32,000 bases of DNA, from contig NZ_CP064923.1 of NCBI RefSeq assembly GCF_018336915.1, positions 2,520,001 through 2,552,000 on the forward strand, in the 5' to 3' direction. Below the pieces are notes generated by a model, which saw only the letters and a list, made by a program, of their open reading frames with translations, had not been told where the DNA came from and made no database searches. The position numbers and the translations under genes were made by a program. Shown in pieces: positions 25,900 to 32,000 of this stretch. How positions within the stretch are numbered: position 1 is the stretch's first letter; every line of letters begins with the position of its first letter. This stretch comes from Acaryochloris marina S15. GTDB lineage: Bacteria; Cyanobacteriota; Cyanobacteriia; Thermosynechococcales; Thermosynechococcaceae.

Positions 25900-26149
25900 T
25901 GAATTTGAATTGGCTCAAAGCAAATCGACTCAAACCGAATCACTGATAACACCCGATCTTGCTCATTCGCTAACTTCACCAAAGCCACAATCAGCACTTT
26001 TGACCATAAATCTCGGACTCAAGCATGGCCTGTTGTTGACCATAAACGGGCTTCCCTTAAATAGTCAAAAATCCAACTAGCTAGCCCCATTGGGATGAGT
26101 TGATGTTGGTATGTGCAACAATCAATACACCGCAAACACTTGACGAACT

Positions 26150-26686
26150 ATGGCACCCAAATTTGACTATATGAATGACAGTGGAGCCGCTGACGTTGGG
26201 CAAAGTATCTTCGAGGAAATATCGGAATCCAGAGAGGAGCCTATTGCCGCATCACCCCGGATTGAAATCAAAAAAGTGGAAGTAGAATCCACAACTAAAA
26301 GGAACGGTCAATTGTTTGGAGTAAAGGAGAACGTTCGCTTTGCCGTACCTAATTGCAACCTATCGGTCTTAACTGAAATCGATTGGGACGAACTATCAGT
26401 TTGGGCAGACGAGACTATCAAGCAGTACTTAAAGCTAATGAACCCAGAGCTGATGCCTCTATTCCAACGAGACAATAAGAAGAAGAAGTTCAAGCCAGCG
26501 AGTACTCAAAGTCCTTGCAGCTTGGCTGAGAGATACCCTTGTTATGTAGAGCTAAAGCAGGCGAGGGGCAATATGCTGTATGTTCATTCTAAATTGCCTA
26601 ACTCAGATCGACTGTGGAAAAATACTTTTTGGTACTGCTGGGCTGAGGATGTGAATCGGGTCGAAGCTGGTCTGAAGAAGAAATAA
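26150..26686 (+). CDS. hypothetical protein (178 aa, acidic N-terminus, KKKK patch)
   Basis: ORF track only. No motif recognised. Confidence 0.4.
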   Translation: MAPKFDYMNDSGAADVGQSIFEEISESREEPIAASPRIEIKKVEVESTTKRNGQLFGVKENVRFAVPNCNLSVLTEIDWDELSVWADETIKQYLKLMNPELMPLFQRDNKKKKFKPASTQSPCSLAERYPCYVELKQARGNMLYVHSKLPNSDRLWKNTFWYCWAEDVNRVEAGLKKK

Positions 26687-26899
26687 ATCCGACCAATGGG
26701 GCTGGGTGATGTAGAAATACCAGTTGGCCGAAGTTAGATGAGTTGTCTAAAGTCCTCCTAATGCCTGTTCTCTGGTGTTTCTGGGCTACAGGGAATATGC
26801 AGATTTCAGTCTTATGTGTGCTCTCCAAAATTTCTCGAAAGCATTGTTATCATGCATGGGATAAGAGTATTAACTTCAGAACATTCTTGAGGACTAACG

Positions 26900-27601
26900 A
26901 TGGCTAATCAAGAACAGATAGCCTTGCTCAGTCAGGGTGTTGAAGTTTGGAATGAGTGGAGAACGGATAATCTCAAGGTACCGATCAACCTGAGTGGAGC
27001 TAACCTTGCTGGTCTTGATCTATGTACGATTAACCTTCATAAAGCGATCCTGAACGGTATCAATCTTTCGAGCGCCAATCTCAGTCAGGCTAACCTTTGT
27101 GAAGTCAGTCTCTGGAAAGCTAATCTCCGTGGTGCCATTTTGGATAAAGCTAACCTTAAAGACGCCAACCTTATAGAAGCTGACTTATGTACGGCCAGTT
27201 TCCGTAAAGCCAATCTCTATAACGTCAACCTTTATAAAGCCGATCTCAGTCAGGCTAATCTTTGTAGAGCCTATCTATACAGAGCCGATCTCAGTGAGGC
27301 ATCTCTCAGTCAGGTCAACCTGAGTGAAGCTTATCTGTGTGAAGCCAACCTCAATAAAGCGGACCTCTCTGGTGCGGATCTTGAAGGAGCTAATTTTGAG
27401 GGAGCCGACCTTCTCAACATCCGTTTTGATTCTGATACCAAGTGGTCATCAATAGGTAGTTGGAATAATGCTAGAGGTATACCGCAGGAATGGATGGATG
27501 GGAGCAGTCAAGAAGATGAAGTTCCGCAAAGGGTTGATGGAGCAATTGTTCCTGATGTCAGTTCCGATGTTGCTTCAAATTCAGTGCTATTGGCTGATTA
27601 G
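26900..27601 (+). CDS. pentapeptide-repeat protein
   Basis: About 27 consecutive A(D/N)LxX pentapeptides (ANLSQANLCEVSLWKANLRGAILDKANLKDANLIEADL...). Confidence 0.9.
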   Translation: MANQEQIALLSQGVEVWNEWRTDNLKVPINLSGANLAGLDLCTINLHKAILNGINLSSANLSQANLCEVSLWKANLRGAILDKANLKDANLIEADLCTASFRKANLYNVNLYKADLSQANLCRAYLYRADLSEASLSQVNLSEAYLCEANLNKADLSGADLEGANFEGADLLNIRFDSDTKWSSIGSWNNARGIPQEWMDGSSQEDEVPQRVDGAIVPDVSSDVASNSVLLAD

Positions 27602-27634
27602 CTGTGCTTGTGGGTCTATGGTGAGAGTTCCCCT

Positions 27635-27685
27635 TTGACATCCTCTACCTCTGTACCTTTCAGGTACAGAGGTAGAGGATGTCAA
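27635..27685. terminator. perfect 24-bp-stem hairpin 34 nt after the pentapeptide gene stop
   Basis: TTGACATCCTCTACCTCTGTACCT (27635-27658), loop TTC, AGGTACAGAGGTAGAGGATGTCAA (27662-27685). There is no U-tract. Confidence 0.4.
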
Positions 27686-27883
27686 CAAGGGTTCAAGTCG
27701 ACTGGATATGCTTAATAATTCTGGGTTTCTTTAAGGATTGTAATTGAACTAGAAAAGCACAAAGGGCATGGGTAGGCTAACAGCAACAGCGAGATTCTCT
27801 GGAACAGTATTTGAGAACCTCTTCACTTGTACAGCTCTTCAATTTATCAAGATTGAGGAGCTTCTATCTTTATTAAACAGACA

Positions 27884-28378
27884 TCACCATAAAACTGAAT
27901 ATCCAGGATGGCCTTGGAGATTATTGTTCTTCGGGGCAGGTGCATCCCAGATCAACTTAAATCGCTCCAATCCTTTTGGGCTGATATCGATCTCGCCATC
28001 TGTCAATATCAGTTCACCATTGGCGAAGGTTGAACCCGCCGCATTAAGGATACCAATAAACTCATCGTGCTCTGTAATAACAGAAACATATCGCTTCAAG
28101 CCACTGTAAGAATATATCTGCGAAATTTGCCCCATAGTGCCAGGATAATGTTCGAATAACACTCGAATGTAGAGAGAGAGGAGGGGCATTGGATCGTCGA
28201 TGCCAAACACGGCATTGCAGATGCAGGTCGATGTTGTCAGCATCCAAGTGGCAATCTTTTTGGGATCGGTAGAGCGGTCTCGTGCCATCTCCAAAAGGAG
28301 ATCCATCATATTATTCCTGAAGGGAACATCCAAACGAGTTTCTAAGTTTTTCCAGACGGCTAAAGTATTAGGATCCAT
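27884..28378 (-). CDS. hypothetical protein (164 aa)
   Basis: Longest ORF at this locus. No motif recognised. Confidence 0.4.
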   Translation of the reverse strand: MDPNTLAVWKNLETRLDVPFRNNMMDLLLEMARDRSTDPKKIATWMLTTSTCICNAVFGIDDPMPLLSLYIRVLFEHYPGTMGQISQIYSYSGLKRYVSVITEHDEFIGILNAAGSTFANGELILTDGEIDISPKGLERFKLIWDAPAPKNNNLQGHPGYSVLW

Positions 28379-28598
28379 TTGAAGTTGAGGTATTCACTTG
28401 CTATACCTTTGGATACCCAAATTAGTCCAAAAACCGTCAAGAATTTACTCAATAATGGCAACCTAGACAACAGTTCCTGCTTGGCCTCCTGTCATTGAAT
28501 AATCAACGGTTGAACTGCGGGCTTGGTGAAGGTGATCATGGTGAGTGGGGTTGAGTTGCTTGCTGAGGGTTTGAAGCTTGATTTGAAGTGCAGTAATA

Positions 28599-28656
28599 GG
28601 GGTATGGTTTGCCTAAGCCTGGGGGGTGACTCCCAGGCTTAGGCAAACCATACCCC
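28599..28656. repeat. perfect 25-bp-stem hairpin embedded in a ~104-bp imperfect palindrome (28575-28678)
   Basis: GGGGTATGGTTTGCCTAAGCCTGGG (28599-28623), 8-nt loop, CCCAGGCTTAGGCAAACCATACCCC (28632-28656). Outer arms AGCTTGA (28575-28581) and TCAAGCT (28672-28678). Confidence 0.8.
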
Positions 28657-28692
28657 CGATAGTGATTCAATTCAAGCTGCTATGACTTCTAG

Positions 28693-28891
28693 CTATTGCA
28701 TCACCCCCAAACCCTCGTCCAGCCACATCCCGATCATCTCCTCAATCCGCTTAATCGTCTCTCCTGGACGCAGACTCAACACTTGCAACACATCAAACGT
28801 GTCTTCTAATTCCAAGGCGCACTCGAAACAAAACTCAGGACTTCCAAACGAAATTCTGATGAATGGCTTACCGCTGCCACCCACGGTGATC
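28693..28891 (-). pseudogene. truncated paralog of the C-terminal domain of the 3554-4174 protein
   Basis: ITVGGSGKPFIRISFGSPEFCFECALELEDTFDVLQVLSLRPGETIKRIEEMIGMWLDEGLGVMQ compares with WITIEGSGIPFIRISFETPEFCFECALELEDTFDVLQVLSLRPGETIERIEEMIGVWLD. A TAG sits where the full copy has TGG (Trp), and there is no homologous N-terminal part. Confidence 0.6.
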
Positions 28892-28981
28892 TAATACAGA
28901 TACAACATCAGATCTCGAAATCTCAATGTGAGAGGTTTTTGAGTTGTTACTCAAATAAAACAACACAACAAGTCCCAAAAA

Positions 28982-29926
28982 TTATTTTGATGCACTCGGT
29001 AAATGTAGCAAGCGCTCACCATCACGAAAGAGCCAATCAAACCACAATTTGAGTAACTGGTGACCCTCTAGTTTAAGTGGTACTTCAAGGGCTTCCAGAG
29101 CCTTATCACGATGATCTAATGCTCGCATCATCAATCGACCACGAACATCGTGACTGTCCAGTAGTTGGCGAATAGCCATGTCGTCACGGTATTTCTGGGC
29201 ACACAGTTTTGATAGTGTTTCACTCGTTTTACATCCATGCTCCATGCCTAAAAGCACCGGGTATGTATATTGTTCGTGCCCAGGATCTTCAGCATTGTCC
29301 GGGAACCAGAACGCCTCAATATCATCAAGAATTTGCTGAGCCCAGCCGATATGCCGACCACAGACTCGACATCTCTCAATTGCTTTGGCATCAGCAGTGA
29401 CAGCATTTGCACCCGTAACTGCTGCAAGCTCATAAGCAGCAACAGTTTTTAACTCAACAACTTCCTCATATGCTGCCAAAGACCGAACCTCTCGCCGAAT
29501 GTCTCTATCCTGTCCCTTACACACCCGAAGCAGAGCGTCAAAGTAGTCTCTTGTCATGAGGTCGCTATCTGGTGATGCTTTGGAGAGCAGTCCAATCTCT
29601 CGTGAAGCTAATGTAATTAGCGCAGCAGAGAAATTTGCTGCACGTCCAATACCTATTTGTTGATATAAAGCACTAGGGTTATCCTGGTCAGCTATATCAT
29701 CGAGAGTACGAAGTGCAAAGGCGACTGCAACGATAGCTGATGTGATAGGAATTAGATGTTCCGTAGAGCCACCACATGCATAGCCAGTGGCTACAGGTAA
29801 GGTCGCTACAGGTGGAAGCGGGTCTGGAAGAGTGGTAGACATTAATTCTCCCAAAGCAATATCAACATCACTAGCGAGAGTAATAACTCTGAGACGAATT
29901 GCATGGAGGATGTCTTGTGGGGTCAT
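28982..29926 (-). CDS. polyprenyl-synthase / class I isoprenoid-synthase-fold protein (divergent)
   Basis: ACGGSTEHLIPITSAIVAVAFALRTLDDIADQD (first DDxxD), CKGQDRDI, VELKTVAAYELAAVTGA, and QQILDDIEAFW (degenerate second Asp-rich motif, DDxxA). Confidence 0.65.
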   Translation of the reverse strand: MTPQDILHAIRLRVITLASDVDIALGELMSTTLPDPLPPVATLPVATGYACGGSTEHLIPITSAIVAVAFALRTLDDIADQDNPSALYQQIGIGRAANFSAALITLASREIGLLSKASPDSDLMTRDYFDALLRVCKGQDRDIRREVRSLAAYEEVVELKTVAAYELAAVTGANAVTADAKAIERCRVCGRHIGWAQQILDDIEAFWFPDNAEDPGHEQYTYPVLLGMEHGCKTSETLSKLCAQKYRDDMAIRQLLDSHDVRGRLMMRALDHRDKALEALEVPLKLEGHQLLKLWFDWLFRDGERLLHLPSASK

Positions 29927-29935
29927 AAAGTCTAA

Positions 29936-31417
29936 TTAGAAATTTAATTCAATGCGTTTTGTGTCTTTTGCTGCATTAAGACGAGTGACCTGATCGCGAT
30001 AGTGGTTCGTTTTAGCTACTCCGATATAGTCTGAAAAATTCTCACATGGGAAAAACTTTCCGAATGCGTCAAATTCATCGCTCTTGCCTGCTTCTTTGAA
30101 AAACGGCTCTACTTCTGCGAAAGTATTTCTGGCGAGCTGAAAGCTATCCCATTCGTAGTATTCTTGGATAGCTGCACGCCACTCTTCAGGTGTAGTGGGA
30201 TTCAATGGATTTAGAGAGTCCACTTCCCAATCAGATAATTTCACTCCACTTTCAAAATCACCTTTTTCATAAGCATTTTTAACTTTCGCAAACCGAGTAT
30301 GCTGAATAGCATTTGCAGTTTCGAAAATTGCGTTCAAAGCAGTAGTAGTGTTATGTCCTTTCGCAAGTCGGACCTCATGGCTTTCGGGATCATATGAACC
30401 CGATGTTCCCTTCTGAGCTGTCTTGTAGGTAACCCCTGCTTTCGCTTTGAGTTTTGCAAACTCCTCGGATTTATCGAGGATTGCTTTGACGATGACTCCT
30501 GGTTTACTACCTGCTCCTACTAACTCATCTTTAAGCTCGGTCGGGCTACTTGTACCGCAACAGCGATGCACCCGACCTACAGGGGATTCGTTGATTATCT
30601 CAGTGGGCTGACCAAAAGCAATTGCACTCCTCTTAGCCTGATCCTTGGATGGTAGCCGACTCATGGATACTTTACTTCTGTTGGCTTGAATCGCGCCATT
30701 CTGCTGTACTACATGGGTCAACTCATGAGCAATCAGCTCTTGTCCAACACGGTTCCCAGGCTGATATGCTCCCTCTCGGAAAAACATATCCTGACCCGTC
30801 GTAAATGCCCTCGCCTGAATCGATTGATTTAACTGGTCTGACTGGGTATCTGTATGCACCCGTACTCCACTAAAATCAGCACCCATTGCCTGACCCATTG
30901 ACTGCTGCAATTCTGAATTCAATGGCTGTCCACTACCCCTGGCTCTATTGATAGTAGACTCTAAATCTGGCGATGCTTCTTCACCTGCTATTGCTTGCCG
31001 CCGCTGGATGGCAGCACGAAGACTTTTCGCTTGTATTTCATCTTCTGGTCTTTTCTCCCGTTGAATTGACTGATCTTGATTTAATTGAGAAGAATTAGGA
31101 GCATTGATTTGATAAACCACTTGAGAAGCAACTCTATCCGCTTCTTGTTCATATTTATCTCCTGGCTGCCCAAGCGTTAGCTTCCGCTGAATCCAAGGTT
31201 GTGCTAAGTCTCCGGATGGGTTAGGAACTTTATCCATCCAGGGCGTTCCAAACCGTGCCCATTTCTCCTGCTGAGCTTTCCATTCTGCTAAACCCTCTTC
31301 ATTTGTCTTTGCTTGAATAGCAGGTACTACTGGAGCTGTTGATTGAATTTGGTCTAGTGATTTTGCCTGTGGTATCGGTTGAGATTTCTCTGGCTGAGAA
31401 GAATGTGTACGCTTCAT
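29936..31417 (-). CDS. DUF4157 (eCIS-core / zincin-like HExxH) domain protein with a ~250-aa C-terminal domain of unknown function
   Basis: IQRKLTLGQPGDKYEQEADRVASQV ... MGADFSGVRVHTDTQSDQLNQSIQARAFTTGQDMFFREGAYQPGNRVGQELIAHELTHVVQQ is the DUF4157 signature as I recall it. The stop codon is 9 nt before the start of the next gene. Confidence 0.75.
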   Translation of the reverse strand: MKRTHSSQPEKSQPIPQAKSLDQIQSTAPVVPAIQAKTNEEGLAEWKAQQEKWARFGTPWMDKVPNPSGDLAQPWIQRKLTLGQPGDKYEQEADRVASQVVYQINAPNSSQLNQDQSIQREKRPEDEIQAKSLRAAIQRRQAIAGEEASPDLESTINRARGSGQPLNSELQQSMGQAMGADFSGVRVHTDTQSDQLNQSIQARAFTTGQDMFFREGAYQPGNRVGQELIAHELTHVVQQNGAIQANRSKVSMSRLPSKDQAKRSAIAFGQPTEIINESPVGRVHRCCGTSSPTELKDELVGAGSKPGVIVKAILDKSEEFAKLKAKAGVTYKTAQKGTSGSYDPESHEVRLAKGHNTTTALNAIFETANAIQHTRFAKVKNAYEKGDFESGVKLSDWEVDSLNPLNPTTPEEWRAAIQEYYEWDSFQLARNTFAEVEPFFKEAGKSDEFDAFGKFFPCENFSDYIGVAKTNHYRDQVTRLNAAKDTKRIELNF

Positions 31418-31581
31418 CTACTGTCCCCTATCCGAAATCGAATCACCTTCCTTCAATCCTAAACCCAAGGAAATAATTACTACGATAGGAAATGTGCTAA
31501 CTCAAATAGTAGTTGATTCACTCCCAGATCCGGGCCAACCACTCCCGACCCAGATACGCCACGACCATCTACTCGATCTGC

Positions 31582-32000
31582 CTAGCTCGCCTCGTGATCT
31601 ATCAAGTCATCAGATTGATCGTTTTGCAATGCATAACCTACCCCACGAAACGTATGGATAAACTCGCATTCCTCTGAACTAGCCTTGAGCTTATTCCGTA
31701 AGCGAGACATATGGACATCAACTGTCCGAGTATCAACGATGGATTCTTGGCTATAACCCCATACTTTCTGTAGCAGCTCTTGACGAGAAACTACTACTCC
31801 AGGGTGACTTGCCAACAGCTCTAACAAACAAAACTCCATATGGGTGAGGTAGATGCGTTCTTGCCCCAGGATTACCTGCCGTTTGTTGGTGTCAATATGG
31901 AGTAAACCAATCTCAATTACACCATTAATTTGATACTTTGACGGGTTTAGAGCATCCAGTCTACGGAGAATACAACGAACACGTGATTCTAATTCTTTGG
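31582..32000 (-). CDS. OmpR-family response regulator; N-terminus lies beyond the window end
   Basis: Winged-helix C-terminus: YLTHMEFCLLELLASHPGVVVSRQELLQKVWGY...RTVDVHMSRLRNKL...IHTFRGVGYAL. The frame stays open upstream of the ORF-track Met (31839) to base 32000 (KELESRVRCILRRLDALNPS...). Confidence 0.85.
   Translation of the reverse strand, partial: KELESRVRCILRRLDALNPSKYQINGVIEIGLLHIDTNKRQVILGQERIYLTHMEFCLLELLASHPGVVVSRQELLQKVWGYSQESIVDTRTVDVHMSRLRNKLKASSEECEFIHTFRGVGYALQNDQSDDLIDHEAS

Noticed and set aside
12514-25907. Classical composite transposon with an 8-bp target-site duplication around the IS6 pair
   Set aside because: The outer and inner flanking 8-mers were compared in direct and reverse-complement orientation under both boundary choices, and none match. 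It is reported only as a bracketed, composite-like structure.
27768-28109. 113-aa plus-strand ORF overlapping 27884-28378(-)
   Set aside because: It is shorter than the opposite-strand ORF and has no motif. Only one of the two is likely real, and neither is well supported.
29209-29452. Three 60-64-aa ORFs inside or antisense to the polyprenyl-synthase-like gene
   Set aside because: They are embedded in a frame with recognisable DDxxD-family motifs. They are shadow ORFs.

Overview
Cyanobacterial-type accessory region. Markers are an IsiA/Pcb chlorophyll-binding protein, a long-chain flavodoxin, an RRM Rbp protein, a cyAbrB-type regulator, a pentapeptide-repeat protein and HIP1 octamers. The window is saturated with insertion sequences: (i) three copies of a 1,467-bp IS with identical transposases (558-2024 +, 7847-9313 -, 10031-11497 -; ISKra4-like assignment is tentative); (ii) a related 1,486-bp IS (5407-6892) with intact IRs, a 9-bp target duplication and a transposase killed by one in-frame TGA; (iii) two 844-bp IS6-family copies in inverted orientation (12522-13365 +, 25056-25899 -); (iv) truncated remnants of a TnpB (IS200/IS605) element and of another DDE transposase. 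The best-supported result is a Rieske/PaO-type oxygenase gene split inside its CxxH cluster motif. Its halves now abut different, inverted IS copies and share a 9-bp target duplication, which implies an IS-mediated inversion of about 5.8 kb. The IS6 pair brackets 11.7 kb carrying a 5'-truncated CBS/4xGAF/PAS hybrid histidine kinase, a PadR regulator translationally coupled to a PetB-like membrane protein lacking one heme ligand, a tandem MshEN-like protein, a small acidic-repeat lipoprotein, and an isiA-isiB-(isiC-like hydrolase)-crp-like cluster. The right part of the window holds an uncharacterised two-gene operon (DUF4157 zincin-like protein with an unknown C-terminal domain, plus a polyprenyl-synthase-fold protein), two long perfect hairpins, and a partial OmpR-type response regulator. 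Other unexplained structure includes an array of seven GGCGAAG-headed 23-24-bp direct repeats, a duplicated ~200-bp coding segment, a minimal SepF-like gene, and several candidate operator palindromes. All family calls come from motif recognition by eye. No database search was run.
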